Notes under the pieces: generated by a model
What the model was told of the DNA's origin: nothing
What the model saw: the letters and a program-made list of their open reading frames with translations, nothing else
Databases searched by the model: none
Made by a program: the position numbers and the translations under genes
DNA from: Octopus vulgaris
Lineage: Eukaryota
Assembly: GCA_951406725.2 (NCBI GenBank)
Contig: OX597831.1
Location: forward strand, 43,276,001-43,340,000
Length of the DNA: 64,000 nucleotides
Direction: 5' to 3'
Shown: piece by piece, positions 25,825-38,924 of the stretch
Position numbering within the stretch: position 1 is the first letter of the stretch
How the letters are laid out: each line of letters begins with the position of its first letter

Positions 25825-26110
25825 ACAGGAAACAGGAAAGCTGGCAACTATCAAGAGATTGTGGAGGAGCTGCTCCTGAGTTTGCAAGCACTTGGATGTA
25901 GAATGCGCATAAACTGCACTACTTAGACAATCACTCGAGTGAGTTTCCAGATAACCTGGGTGGTGTTAGCAAAGAACAAGGTGAACACTTTCATCAAGAT
26001 GTAAAAGTAATGAAAGAACGCTACCAAGGCCGATCGACTCAAACATGATGGCAGATTACCGATCGAGCTTGATGAGAGATATTCCAGAAATTGTACACAA
26101 GACCTGAATT
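25825..26110 (+). mobile_element. Chapaev3-like transposase C-terminal fragment
   Basis: Duplicate of 15887-16175. Confidence 0.65.
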
Positions 26111-26923
26111 CTGAAAATTCTATGGAATTTGAAAGGAAAATATTTGTATAACAAAGTGGTTCACTTTTCGATGGGGAAGTATTTGAACAGTTAGTTAACC
26201 CTATAGCGAGCCTCACACTCATACGCAAGCCTAGAATGTCTCATCGGTGGCGAGAAGGTTCTGGGAAACTTCAACGATGTGAAGGAGGATATGGAGGTTG
26301 AATTGCAATGTAGTCAAAAAATCAAGAAAGGATTTAAGGGCACAGACCCGCACGGGGCGAAGTTGAAAATATCAACAGACTTGGAATTTAATAAGCCTGC
26401 ATTTTTTTACGGAAATCCTAGGTTGATTAAGTTAATTGTTAAGAGATGGTTATTGTTATCGAATGACATTTGTCAATAAGCAATCAAAATTAGCGTCTTC
26501 CACTGTAAGTTTCACCAAAGCAACATTAGCTGTTTCACCTTTCGCTCTTATGCTTCCTCTCCGATAAACATTTCTACCTGTTTACTGTAGAAATTACCTT
26601 ATGATGTTTAAAAGGAAACTTGTAATATAGCAACAAGGAATAGCATGCATAAACATACGAGTAATAATTTACATGAAACAAACAATAAACGAATATAAAA
26701 TAACAACGACACTCTTGTGAAAGAAAATATCAATTATATTCTTCTAAAAAAATATACAAAGATTTTGGAGATTGTTTTACAAAATGTCAATAGGATGGAT
26801 GAATAAATAATGAAAGTTCACAATGTCATTGAGCTGATACGAATGAGAATAATAGTATGAAAAGAGTACTGAGTAATAGATATATCACAGTATTTATCAA
26901 ATGTTGTATGAATAGATAAGAAA

Positions 26924-28831
26924 TTAGTCCATTTCTTCAATCGTTGGACCACTGGACGTTTGCGATGTGCAAGGATTATTGTTAGAAGACGACGATGTGT
27001 GTAGTTTGGACATGATAGGAGAGCAAATTTTCTGTGCTTCCTGAAGTCTGTAGGAAAATTCGTCTGTGTCTGCTAGACTGTTGCTGTCTATCCACTGTAA
27101 TGTTTGGTCACACATTTCCACTGCTTGCTTCTTATCTTGCTCGGACAGTTTGCCGTTATCTTCATTGAGTGCTTGTTTCACACTGAATATGTAATGCTCC
27201 AACTGGTTTCTAGCTGCAACACGTTGGCGTTGCTTTTCGTCTTCTGCCTCGTATTGTTTAGCTTCGTTGAGCATTCTTTCGATTTCCTCTTTGCTCAAAC
27301 GACCTTTGTCGTTGGTGATGGTAATTTTGTTGCTTTTGCCGGTGCTTTTGTCGACAGCAGAAACGTTGAGTATTCCATTGGCATCCATATCGAAGGAGAC
27401 TTCTATTTGAGGTACGCCTCTGGGAGCTGGTGGAATGCCAGTCAAGTCGAAACGTCCGAGGCAGTTGTTGTCTTTTGTCATTGCTCTTTCTCCTTCGAAT
27501 ACCTGAATAGAAACAGCCGGCTGGTTATCTGAATACGTAGTGAATACATTGGATGCCGTACACGGTATTCTGCTGTTACGCTCGATAAGTTTGGTCATCA
27601 CACCACCAGCCGTTTCGATTCCAAGAGATAACGGTGCTACATCTACAAGTAGTACGTCTCTGATGCAATCGCTCGCGTCTCCAGACAGAACAGCAGCTTG
27701 TACGGCAGCTCCGTAGGCGACAGCTTCGTCTGGGTTGATGGATTTGTTGACGGTCTTTCCTTGCATGAAGTCGGCTAGTAATTTCTGGATCTTGGGAATG
27801 CGTGTCGATCCACCGACCAACACGATGTCGTCGATGCGGGATTTATCGAGTTTGGCGTCTCGCAGAGCTTTCTCAACTGGTTCCAGAGTCGATCGGAAGA
27901 GGTCACTGCAAAGATCCTCGAAGCGTGCTCTGGTAATCTTCGAGTAAAAATCAATGCCTTCATACAGAGAATCCAGCTCTACTGAAGCTTCTGAACTGCT
28001 CGATAGGGTTCGTTTTGCCCGTTCACATGCAGTACGCAGACGTCTGATAGAGCGTGGGCTTTGTTTCAGATCTTTCTTGTGTTTACGCTTGAATTCTTCG
28101 ACAAAGTAGTCAACGAGCCGGTTGTCGAAGTCTTCTCCTCCGAGATGTGTGTCGCCAGCTGTAGCTTTCACCTCGAAAAGAGATCCTTGGTCGATTGTGA
28201 GGATGGAAACATCGAATGTACCACCGCCCAAGTCGAAGATCAGAACGTTCTTCTCACCAGATAAGTTTTTCTCGAGACCGTAGGCGAGTGCGGCGGCCGT
28301 TGGTTCGTTGACAATTCTCAACACATTCAAACCAGCTATACTAGCTGCATCTTTCGTCGCCTGTCTCTGAGAGTCGTTAAAGTAAGCTGGCACCGTTACT
28401 ACTGCGTCTTTCACTTTACAGCCCAGGTACGACTCGGCTGTCTCCTTCATTTTACTCAATACCATCGAGCTAATCTCTTCGGCTGAGAACTGCTTTTGCT
28501 CTCCCTTGTACTCCACTTGTACATGTGCTTTATTACCGTTTGTGTTCACCACTCGGAATGGCCAATATTTCATGTCGCTTTGTACGGACGTATCGTTAAA
28601 GTGACGTCCAATTAAACGTTTAGCATCGAACACCGTGTTCTCAGGGTTGAGGGCCGCTTGGTTTTTCGCTGCATCACCCACCAGCCTTTCGGCATCGGTG
28701 AAAGCCACATAGCTTGGTGTTGTCCTGTTTCCCTGATCGTTGGCAATAATTTCCACTTTACCGTGTTGAAACACACCTACACAAGAATAGGTTGTTCCCA
28801 GATCGATTCCGATAGCAGGTGCTTTGACCAT
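26924..28831 (-). CDS. hsp70: Inducible-type cytosolic Hsp70, copy 3 (635 aa, ends EEMD)
   Basis: Intact ORF with all Hsp70 signatures. Confidence 0.98.
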   Translation of the reverse strand: MVKAPAIGIDLGTTYSCVGVFQHGKVEIIANDQGNRTTPSYVAFTDAERLVGDAAKNQAALNPENTVFDAKRLIGRHFNDTSVQSDMKYWPFRVVNTNGNKAHVQVEYKGEQKQFSAEEISSMVLSKMKETAESYLGCKVKDAVVTVPAYFNDSQRQATKDAASIAGLNVLRIVNEPTAAALAYGLEKNLSGEKNVLIFDLGGGTFDVSILTIDQGSLFEVKATAGDTHLGGEDFDNRLVDYFVEEFKRKHKKDLKQSPRSIRRLRTACERAKRTLSSSSEASVELDSLYEGIDFYSKITRARFEDLCSDLFRSTLEPVEKALRDAKLDKSRIDDIVLVGGSTRIPKIQKLLADFMQGKTVNKSINPDEAVAYGAAVQAAVLSGDASDCIRDVLLVDVAPLSLGIETAGGVMTKLIERNSRIPCTASNVFTTYSDNQPAVSIQVFEGERAMTKDNNCLGRFDLTGIPPAPRGVPQIEVSFDMDANGILNVSAVDKSTGKSNKITITNDKGRLSKEEIERMLNEAKQYEAEDEKQRQRVAARNQLEHYIFSVKQALNEDNGKLSEQDKKQAVEMCDQTLQWIDSNSLADTDEFSYRLQEAQKICSPIMSKLHTSSSSNNNPCTSQTSSGPTIEEMD

Positions 28832-29059
28832 TCTTCTTCCTTTTTCTATTGTTCGTTCAAAATGTCCAGTATAAAACTTGAGAAATTCTTTCTTTCTTCT
28901 TTATCTCTTGCTCGTCTTACTTTGTATTTCAGTTGTGTCAGTAGAATATATGAATGTATTATATGTGAATGAGTGTTGCTTCAATGTATGTATAACTGAA
29001 AGAAATGTTTCGCAGCTGAGACTCTTGTCTCGAGTTGTTTACAGTCGTGCTTCTGTAGA

Positions 29060-29207
29060 ATCTGATTGACAAGCTGTGTGCAATGCTGTATATATAGTGG
29101 AAAGTAACGCCCCCTTCCCACTGTGACGTCATTACCAGAGTTTACGAGGCATTTCGATATTGTTCTACCAGGTGCTACAAGTATTCTGGAACGTTCCAGA
29201 AGTTTCC
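29060..29207 (-). promoter_or_regulatory. Hsp70 copy 3 promoter: 5-unit HSE 29183-29207, CRE 29124-29131, TATA 29089-29096
   Basis: aTTCt gGAAc gTTCc aGAAg tTTCc; TGACGTCA; TATATATA. Confidence 0.9.
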
Positions 29208-29897
29208 TTTTAATTCCATTAGCTTATTTTACATATAGAAGTGGATTTGTATAGGATATTTGCTCATAATTTGTGTTTTTTAGTAGAACAACTCTGTTTC
29301 ATGGATGAATATTGCCGTCGTACCAAATAATAAACACCGTCGTTCACGTTCTTTTCCCGTCATCGTATATCGCTTCTCGCAACTTTTATCGTTGTTTTGA
29401 TAGTTTTCCTGGTTTGAAATATTTTGTGTTGCACAATGTTCCTGTTTTAAGACTGAAATGCAACAATAGCAACAAATTCGCAAGTCATTTACGATCTCAT
29501 AAAAAGGGCGACGACGCGAATATCACTGCACTTGCTAGAAATGGCAGTCAAAATCTGCCGAAAGTTTTGTTTTGTCTTTAAACAAAGAAATGTCACATTT
29601 GAATATTTATATCTTGATAAAAAAAAAAAGTTTCACAATGAGTTCAGATTCTCATATATCGCACGAGTGTGTCCTCGAAGAAAATATACATAGAAAAAGC
29701 AAATACATGTTATGTGTTGCTTTTTTGAAATCCATAATTATATCATCAGGTCTCTCACTCTGCAGTAAGTCCTTTATTTTGGCTAAAAGTCTACTATATG
29801 TGTTTTGGCTTCTGTCAGAGAGCTATGCAAACAATTGTGTTGCATTAAAATTATCAATCTGAATGTAAAGTATATATATATAAGGTAAAGTATATAG

Positions 29898-30320
29898 ACG
29901 CAGGAGTGGCTGTGTGGTAAGTAGCTTGCTAACCAACCACATGGTTCCGGGTTCAGTCCCACTGCGTGGCATCTTGGGCAAGTGTCTTCTGCTATAGCCC
30001 CGGGCCGACCAATGCCTTGTGAGTGGATTTGGTAGACGGAAACTGAAAGAAGCCTGTCGTATATATGTATATATATATAAGTGTGTGTGTGAATATGTTT
30101 GTGTGTCTGTGTTTGTTCCCCTGGCATTGCTTGACAACCGATGCTGGTGTGTTTACGTCCCATTCACTTAGCGGTTCGGCAAAAGAGACCGATAGAATAA
30201 GTACTGGGCTTACAAAGAATAAGTCCCGGGGTCGATTTTCTCGACTAAAGGCGGTGCTCCAGCATGGCCGCAGTCAAATGACTGAAACAAGTAAAAGAGT
30301 AAAAGAGAGTAAAAGAGTAT
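29898..30320 (+). mobile_element. tRNA-derived SINE (second family)
   Basis: A box GTGGCTGTGTGGT, B box GGTTCAGTCCC, CORE-like CTTGGGCAAGTG, then GAGTGGATTTGGTAGACGGAAACTGAAAGAAG; (AGAGTAAA)n-like tail. Confidence 0.8.
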
Positions 30321-30744
30321 ATAACCAAAAAAAAAATACTAGAGCAGCACTTAAATGTTCCATCTGCCATCCAGTTCCTGTACCGTTTTAACTGTCGAGG
30401 TGCTTTGACACTTGCAAATATTAGTATTCAATTTGAATCTTCCATCCTGCTGTCATACTGTAAAAACGTCTCATCATTGTCAAGGTAGGAATAGAAAACC
30501 CAACATATCTAAGTTGGATGGCAGGATAGTTGAAATCAGCTTGCCTCCAACATATAATATTCCTATTAAGCTGTGCAAATGGAAGTATTTGTGACAATGT
30601 ACAGATTTTTAAATTCTGAACTTCACTAGTGATAATTGAGCGAGGGGCATCACAAGATGAAATAGACTTTAATATTTGAAACTATTATCCATGCATTCAC
30701 CTCTGCAGTATTTGAAGCGTGATTATAATAATATAATGAAATTA

Positions 30745-31162
30745 TTGTATACAGTGCTCAGTTGCACCACAACTTGTCAGAAAGTGCGTATAAAGTATAT
30801 GCAGTGATGTACAAATGTCTGGAAAGCGAACAATGTATGAGTCAGATACATGCTTGTGTGTGTATGGAGGGGAGGAAATCAGGTGAAGTGCTGGCGAATC
30901 TCAGAAAGCATGGAAGTTTTGAAGGATGCAGTGCTCCGACAACTAACAACTGATGCCGGCAGTTTGTTCCATGCTTCAGCAACTCTCAGAGTGAAAAAAT
31001 GTTTCCTAAAGTCATGGGAGCTGTGCTGTTTTCTGACTTTGTAAATATGTCCACGGGTGTTAGACGGGTGGTGTTTGAAAAGGTGTTCAGAGTTATTGTT
31101 TGTAAGATGGTTGGTAATTTTATGGGTGTCTGCCAAGTCAGCTGCCAGACGTCGGAGTTTCA
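30745..31162 (-). mobile_element. CR1-clade LINE 3' end
   Basis: LKLRRLAADL...NTRGHIYKV...RKHFFTLRVAEAWNKLPASVV, a typical CR1 ORF2 C-terminus. Confidence 0.85.
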
Positions 31163-31305
31163 ATGGATCCCAATTATGGATCCCAATCTTCTTAAGCTCT
31201 TTATAATTTTCATCTGTACGAAGTCTTACTTTGCACAAATGATTTTCACTCCTCCAGCATATCTTCAATCCATTTGCATTCTGCTTATTTTTTTTGTATA
31301 TATAA

Positions 31306-31811
31306 CTAGCAGTATCGCCCGGCGTTGCTCGGGTTTGTAAGGGAAATAACTATATAAGCATTTTTAGAGAGTTACTTCCCTTATAAATTCGGGCTTTCTT
31401 AGCCATTTTGTTTTGGTGTCTTCAAGCCATGAAGTCGTTGTTCTAAAAGAACGCTGGTTTCCTTCACAACGCATTACGACGTTGATTTCTTTACACTCCC
31501 TTCCCCACAGCTTCACGAGGGAGGGAAGGGGGAGAAGCAAACAGGTGCAGCTGTGAGCGTGGACGCCAACTCCGCCGCCATCGACATACGATGCATTTTA
31601 TGCATTAAAATGGAATAAAAAATGATGTTCAATTATTTTTTAAAATCGTAGACTCATCGTTGACGCGCGCTAATAGTCAGACGGGCTCGATATGAATCAC
31701 GACTATAAGATACCCGAATTTGGTTAAACTGCACCGCAAAATGTGGGAGGAGTTAGGAATCTAAATCGAAGGGGACAGACACTCACACAACTAGAGTTTT
31801 ATATATATAGA
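31306..31811 (-). mobile_element. Non-autonomous Helitron
   Basis: On the minus strand it starts TC(TATATATATAAAA), ends with hairpin CCCGAGCAACGCCGGG followed by CTAG, and sits between host A and T without a TSD. Confidence 0.75.
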
Positions 31812-32180
31812 TTTTCTTCATTTACCACCTTGATTTTACCTTTTTTCTGAAGTTATGATCTTGAAGGTAGTCATGTTGAAGGGTGGGCTTATTGAATAAA
31901 TTCAATTTGATTTGCTCGAAAATCTATGTTCGTAAACTGTTCAGCGCAGATACTTAAGAGAGAGAAAGAGAAAGAGGCGGTGTTAAAGAAAGGGAGAAAA
32001 ATATCTAAATCTATCCAATGACAATTTTAATTCTGAAGTGATTGTTCTAAATTTTTCCTTGAAAATCACATTGAATGTATATTGGGATGAATTGATCAAC
32101 GACAAATTGACCAGGACAAATTAATCGAGGATGAAATAATGGGGGGGGGGGGGTGAATTGTCTTAGCACATATATATGTA

Positions 32181-32594
32181 CCATCTGTGAATTATACTTA
32201 ATGCAGATACATAGTAAAAAAGGCAAATTAACTGCAGTGTTTCTTCAGACATAATATCACCTATGTTTGTACTGTGTTTATGTGTTTAAAAACACAAATG
32301 TATAAATTGTTTAGCAGCAACTGTGAGAAAGATAGATGTGCATTATCACCACATCTGCCTTTGTCAGTTGCGCGTACTCACTGTCTACCACATTCTCAGA
32401 TGAAATCTATCACTACTGGCATAGAAAAACGGTGATTGAAAAATAACCGGTGTTGCAATTAGACACCTGACTGAAGAAAAATCCATGATGTAGAACAGAA
32501 GCAGCATGATCATAAGAGCTATTAACCCCAATTGAATACTGCAGTTAAATTGCTTTTTTACGATGTATCTGCATTATGTATGATACACAGATGG
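32181..32594. mobile_element. MITE-like element with about 60-bp imperfect terminal inverted repeats
   Basis: CCATCTGTG..ATAC.TAATGCAGATACAT.GTAAAAAAG..AATTTAACTGCAGT at the left end is mirrored at 32533-32594. Confidence 0.65.
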
Positions 32595-32626
32595 CTATTT
32601 TAATCTAATATGGCTTCTACTGCATG

Positions 32627-33150
<524 letters not shown>

Positions 33151-33882
33151 TCTCCGTATATCCACTCTTCCTGACATGATAATAACAATCAGAGAAATCA
33201 GTTCTTCTCAGCTCTCTCCCTACACACAACTTGTACAGATCCCTCCGCCTCAAAAGATGAAACCTAGGCCTTTCAAAATGTTCTTCAATAGCTAATCCTA
33301 TCAGCCGTACTCTTAGCCAACAAGGGATCTTCTGTGTAGTAGCTCATCATAGTAGACACAGCAGCCAAAGTTTTATAGAATTGCACCCAACTATTTTTAA
33401 AATGCAAGACATTGTGTTCAGCATGCATGCATGGATGGATGGATGGATGGACACACACGCACACACACAGAGGTAAAATTTGGTGACCATAAATGGTAAT
33501 CATAGACTATGTTTGCTCAATCAGGGCTAACCTAGGGTTAAAATCCAACCTGAACAACAATGTGTACTATCATCTGTAATGCTGACTGGACATAAAAATA
33601 TATGCTGGTTTGCTGTGAGATAAATTTTCTGGCAGAGCCCTTCAATGTTGTGAAGGACTATCTATATATGTAACCATATTGAGAAAATGGTGCAGTGTCC
33701 TTCAATCAATCCACATCTATTGGGAATTTGCAATCTTATTTCTCTCACGCACATACATGCACTCACCCAATTGTTCTCACATCAGTGAGAACTATTGTAA
33801 AAATATATTTTTTTAAAAGAATTTAGGCATAGTTGAAGGCTACCAAACCTGCCATGCACAGACAACTTCAGCTTTCTATTTA

Positions 33883-34105
33883 TGAGCTGGCAGAAACGTT
33901 AGCACGCCGGGCGAAATGCGTGGCCGTATTTCGTCTGCCGTTAAGTTCTGGGTTCAAATTCCGCCGAGGTCGACTTTGCCTTTCATCACTTCGGGGTCGA
34001 TTAAATAAGTACCAGTTACGCACTGGAGTCGATCACATCGACTTAATCCGTTTGTCTGTCCTTGTTTGTCCCCTCTGTGTTTAGCCCCTTGTGGGTAGTA
34101 AAGAA
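33883..34105 (+). mobile_element. tRNA-derived SINE (family of 9915-10145)
   Basis: GAGCTGGCAGAAACGTTAG...GGTTCAAATTCC...GGTCGACTTTGCCTTTCATC. Confidence 0.8.
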
Positions 34106-34385
34106 ATATATATATATAGAGAGAGAGATAAAGAAAGATTTTAATGTATACATTTCAGAATTAACACAATTGTATCATTGAAACAGAGTCCCTCTAAGGT
34201 TGTTTGATATCAAAGGCGTTAAGCTCAATGTTGACTTCAGTTAGATATATTTAAATGTATAATTAACGACACATATTTGATGTATTACTTTCTCGTTATT
34301 CATAGTAGTAGTAGTAAATCAGTAATTAATGAGTTCTGCATATCTATCTATGTAATCTATCTATTTATCTAATCCGTTCATCTCA

Positions 34386-34386
<1 letters not shown>

Positions 34387-34470
<84 letters not shown>
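34387..34470. repeat. (CT)n microsatellite
   Basis: Direct reading. Confidence 0.95.
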
Positions 34471-34471
<1 letters not shown>

Positions 34472-34737
34472 AATTTCTTAATTGTTGCATTTCCGTCTTA
34501 AAACATAAACATTGTGCAACACACATATTTCAAACCAAGAAAATTATGAAAACAAAAATAGAAGTTGCGTGAAAAGACACTAAATGAGAAAAGAACTTAA
34601 AAGGCGGTGTCTAATATTTAGTAGGACAGCAATATTCATCCATCAATCAGAGTTGTCCAACTAAAAATCGCAAATTCTCACCAAATATCCTATATAAATC
34701 CACTTCTATATGTAAAATAAGCTAATGGAATTAAAAT

Positions 34738-34757
34738 CGAAACTTCTGGAACGTTCC
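34738..34757 (+). promoter_or_regulatory. Extra distal 4-unit HSE upstream of copy 4
   Basis: cGAAa cTTCt gGAAc gTTCc within a duplicated promoter block. Confidence 0.8.
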
Positions 34758-35096
34758 AAAAACCTGCCATTTCTAGCAAGTGCAGTGATATTCGCGTCGT
34801 CGCCCTGTTACGAGTTCGTAAATGAATTGCGAATTTGTTATTATTGTTGCATTTCCGTCTTAAAACATAAACATTGTGCAACACAAAATATTTCAAACCA
34901 AGAACACTATCAAAACAAAAATAAAAGTTGCGACAAGCGATAAATGGCAACAGTACGTGAACGACGGTGTTTATTGTTTGGTACGACGGCAATATTCATC
35001 CATGAAACAGAGTTGTTCTACTAAAAAACACAAATTATGAGCAAATATCCTATACAAATCCACTTCTATAAGTAAAATAAGCTAATGGAATTAAAT

Positions 35097-35246
35097 GGAA
35101 ACTTCTGGAACGTTCCAAAGACTTGTAGCACCTGGTAGAACAATATCGAAATGCCTCGTAAACTCTGGTGATGACGTCACAGTGGGAAGGGGGCGTAACT
35201 CTCCACTATATATACAGCATTGCCCACACAGCTTGTCAATCAGATT
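35097..35246 (+). promoter_or_regulatory. Hsp70 copy 4 promoter: 4-unit HSE 35097-35116, CRE 35172-35179, TATA 35207-35214, Inr-like TCAGATT 35240-35246
   Basis: Direct motif reading. Confidence 0.88.
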
Positions 35247-35468
35247 CTATAGAAGCACGACTGTAAACAACTCAAGAGTCTCGGCTGCGAAACATTTCTT
35301 TCAGCTATACATACATTGAAGCAACACTCATTCACATATAATACATTTATATATTCTACTGACAAAACTGAAATACAAAGTAAGACGAGCAAGAGATAAA
35401 GAAGAAAGAAAGAATTTCTCAAGTTTTATACTGGACATTTTGAGCGAACAATAGAAAAAGAAAGAAGA

Positions 35469-37340
35469 ATGGTAAAAGCACCTGCTATCGGAATCGATCT
35501 GGGAACAACCTATTCTTGTGTAGGTGTGTTTCAACACGGTAAAGTGGAAATTATTGCCAACGATCAGGGAAACAGGACAACACCAAGCTATGTGGCTTTC
35601 ACCGATGCCGAAAGGCTGGTGGGTGATGCAGCGAAAAACCAAGCGGCCCTCAACCCTGAGAACACGGTGTTCGATGCTAAACGTTTAATTGGACGTCACT
35701 TTAACGATACGTCCGTACAAAGCGACATGAAATATTGGCCATTCCGAGTGGTGAACACAAACGGTAATAAAGCACATGTACAAGTGGAGTACAAGGGAGA
35801 GCAAAAGCAGTTCTCAGCCGAAGAGATTAGCTCGATGGTATTGAGTAAAATGAAGGAGACAGCCGAGTCGTACCTGGGCTGTAAAGTGAAAGACGCAGTA
35901 GTAACGGTGCCAGCTTACTTTAACGACTCTCAGAGACAGGCGACGAAAGATGCAGCTAGTATAGCTGGTTTGAATGTGTTGAGAATTGTCAACGAACCAA
36001 CGGCCGCCGCACTCGCCTACGGTCTCGAGAAAAACTTATCTGGTGAGAAGAACGTTCTGATCTTCGACTTGGGCGGTGGTACATTCGATGTTTCCATCCT
36101 CACAATCGACCAAGGATCTCTTTTCGAGGTGAAAGCTACAGCTGGCGACACACATCTCGGAGGAGAAGACTTCGACAACCGGCTCGTTGACTACTTTGTC
36201 GAAGAATTCAAGCGTAAACACAAGAAAGATCTGAAACAAAGCCCACGCTCTATCAGACGTCTGCGTACTGCATGTGAACGTGCAAAACGAACCCTATCGA
36301 GCAGTTCAGAAGCTTCAGTAGAGCTGGATTCTCTGTATGAAGGCATTGATTTTTACTCGAAGATTACCAGAGCACGCTTCGAGGATCTTTGCAATGACCT
36401 CTTCCGATCGACTCTAGAACCAGTTGAGAAAGCTCTGCGAGACGCCAAACTCGATAAATCCCGCATCGACGACATCGTGTTGGTCGGTGGATCGACACGC
36501 ATTCCCAAGATCCAGAAATTACTTGCCGACTTCATGCAAGGAAAGACCGTCAACAAATCCATCAACCCAGACGAAGCTGTCGCCTACGGAGCTGCCGTAC
36601 AAGCTGCTGTTCTGTCTGGAGACGCGAGCGATTGCATCAGAGACGTACTACTTGTAGATGTAGCACCGTTATCTCTTGGAATCGAAACGGCTGGTGGTGT
36701 GATGACCAAACTTATCGAGCGTAACAGCAGAATACCGTGTAAGGCATCCAACGTATTCACTACGTATTCAGATAACCAGCCGGCTGTTTCTATTCAGGTA
36801 TTCGAAGGAGAAAGAGCAATGACAAAAGACAACAACTGCCTCGGACGTTTCGACTTGACTGGCATTCCACCAGCTCCCAGAGGCGTGCCTCAAATAGAAG
36901 TCTCCTTCGATATGGATGCCAATGGAATACTCAACGTTACTGCTGTCGACAAAAGCACCGGCAAAAGCAACAAAATTACCATCACCAACGACAAAGGTCG
37001 TTTGAGCAAAGAGGAAATCGAAAGAATGCTCAACGAAGCTAAACAATACGAGGCAGAAGACGAAAAGCAACGCCAACGTGTTGCAGCTAGAAACCAGTTG
37101 GAGCATTACATATTCAGTGTGAAACAAGCAGTCAATGAAGATAACGGCAAACTGTCCGAGCAAGATAAGAAGCAAGCAGTGGAAACGTGTGACCAAACAT
37201 TACAGTGGATAGACAACAACAGTCTAGCAGACACAGACGAATTTACCTACAGACTTCAGGAAGCACAGAAAATTTGCTCTCCTATCATGTCCAAACTACA
37301 CACATCGTCGTCTTCTAACAATAATCATTGCACATCATAA
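35469..37340 (+). CDS. hsp70: Hsp70 copy 4, 623 aa, premature TAA removes the last 12 residues including EEMD
   Basis: TAA at 37338-37340 where intact copies have CAA; vestigial in-frame tail ANSGAALKEMD* to 37376. Confidence 0.92.
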   Translation: MVKAPAIGIDLGTTYSCVGVFQHGKVEIIANDQGNRTTPSYVAFTDAERLVGDAAKNQAALNPENTVFDAKRLIGRHFNDTSVQSDMKYWPFRVVNTNGNKAHVQVEYKGEQKQFSAEEISSMVLSKMKETAESYLGCKVKDAVVTVPAYFNDSQRQATKDAASIAGLNVLRIVNEPTAAALAYGLEKNLSGEKNVLIFDLGGGTFDVSILTIDQGSLFEVKATAGDTHLGGEDFDNRLVDYFVEEFKRKHKKDLKQSPRSIRRLRTACERAKRTLSSSSEASVELDSLYEGIDFYSKITRARFEDLCNDLFRSTLEPVEKALRDAKLDKSRIDDIVLVGGSTRIPKIQKLLADFMQGKTVNKSINPDEAVAYGAAVQAAVLSGDASDCIRDVLLVDVAPLSLGIETAGGVMTKLIERNSRIPCKASNVFTTYSDNQPAVSIQVFEGERAMTKDNNCLGRFDLTGIPPAPRGVPQIEVSFDMDANGILNVTAVDKSTGKSNKITITNDKGRLSKEEIERMLNEAKQYEAEDEKQRQRVAARNQLEHYIFSVKQAVNEDNGKLSEQDKKQAVETCDQTLQWIDNNSLADTDEFTYRLQEAQKICSPIMSKLHTSSSSNNNHCTS

Positions 37341-38561
37341 GCGAACAGTGGTGCAGCGCTTAAAGAAATGGACTAATATCTTATTCATTCATACAAAAAT
37401 TTGATGAAATACTGTGATATATCTATTACTCAGTACTCTTTTCATACTACATCACTTTATGTGATTTTAAAAATTATTCTCACTCATATCAGCTCAATGA
37501 CATTGTGAACATTCATCATTTATTCATCCATCCTATTGACATTTTGTAAAACAAGCTTTAAAATCTTTTGTATATTTTTGTAGATGAATATAATTGATAT
37601 TTTCTTTCACAAGAGTGTCGTTGTTATTTTATATTCGTTTATTGTTTGTTTCGTATGAAATATTACTCGTATGTTTATGCATGCTATTCCTTGTTGTTTT
37701 GTTGCAAGTTTCCTATTAACAATCATCAGGTAGTTTCTACAGTAAACAGAGGAAGCGTAAGAGCGAAAGGTGAAGTACCTAATGGCGCATTAGTGAACGA
37801 TACCATGGAAGCCTCTAATTTTCATAGATTATTGACAAATGTCATTCGATAACCGTCTCTTAACAATTAATTTATTCAACCGAGGAGTTCCGTTAAAGAA
37901 ACTAAATTTCATATAAATAGCCTAATAACATTATACGTGATTAGAATAAGCGGCTTTCACTGTATTTCTTTCACTCAGTTACAAGAATATGTAGTGGATT
38001 CGATGCACCATAGCCAAATGGATAGTTATAAAAGCAAGCACACCACAAGCAAAAATCAGTCGGTGACGACGAAGTCTGACTGACCAGCTAGAACCTTTGT
38101 CAGAGGGAGAAATGAAGTTTACGGTCAGCAACGTCACACATCCTACAATTCTCACTAATTCTCACTAATTCTGTTTTCTTACAACATCATTCTATCTCTC
38201 TCTGTAATTACTACTAAACAATGAAGAGGACACAAACACAAACTTTACTTCCCATTGTTTTTTGATGCATCAAAATCTGCCCGTCGAGGCAAGTTATTGT
38301 AACGTAACGGTAAATAAGTATTTCCTTAAAACTTCATGCATTGTCAATCTTTCACATCTTATTACTAGCCGTTATAAGAAAGAATTTTTATCCTTACAAA
38401 TATAAGTGAGAAATATACCAAAACGATGCAGATATCTTTCCTAAGTGGAAATAACAGCTTCAAATTCACGATTTTTATCGTAGAAAACTATTGATTTTGT
38501 AAACAGTAATATCTTACAATTAGTTTGATCTTCAGCGTTGTCAACAAAAATATTTTTGAAA

Positions 38562-38924
38562 TGATGGTTTATGCCAACTTAATGTGGCAGTCCCAGGAAA
38601 AGAAACAATGCTACTGCTATTAATCCCCAGGAAATACCGTTTCCAGATGGCTATGTTACACAAGTGTTCTGTTTTCAAAGGCGATTATGCATCAACGGCT
38701 AGCAAGCCAAGCTAATCCAGACAGATGACGAGCAATGACTCTGAAACTAGTCTCTGATTGCTGGCTTTACTGGGTGGACGAGCTTATCTCCCCTGTTTGA
38801 AAACTTAAAGACACAGAACGCTTATGTCACATAGCCAATTGAAAACAGTGTTTCCTGGGGCTAAATAGCAGTAGCATTCTTTCCTTTCCTGGCACTGCTA
38901 CATTAAGTTAGCAACAAACCATCA
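38562..38924. mobile_element. MITE-like element with about 75-bp imperfect TIRs
   Basis: TGATGGTTT..GC.AACTTAATGT.GCAGT.CCAGGAAA...AATGCTACTGCTATT...CCCCAGGAAA at both ends in inverted orientation; the homologous site near 6320 is empty. Confidence 0.7.

Larger units (their letters stand above)
6600..29400 (-). repeat. Left tandem array, unit about 9.9 kb (Hsp70, promoter, SINE, TACA satellite, CR1, Chapaev3 fragment)
   Basis: Hsp70 stop positions 7083, 16989, 26924 (spacing 9906 and 9935); spacers 9000-16900 and 18900-26900 are near-identical. Confidence 0.9.
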
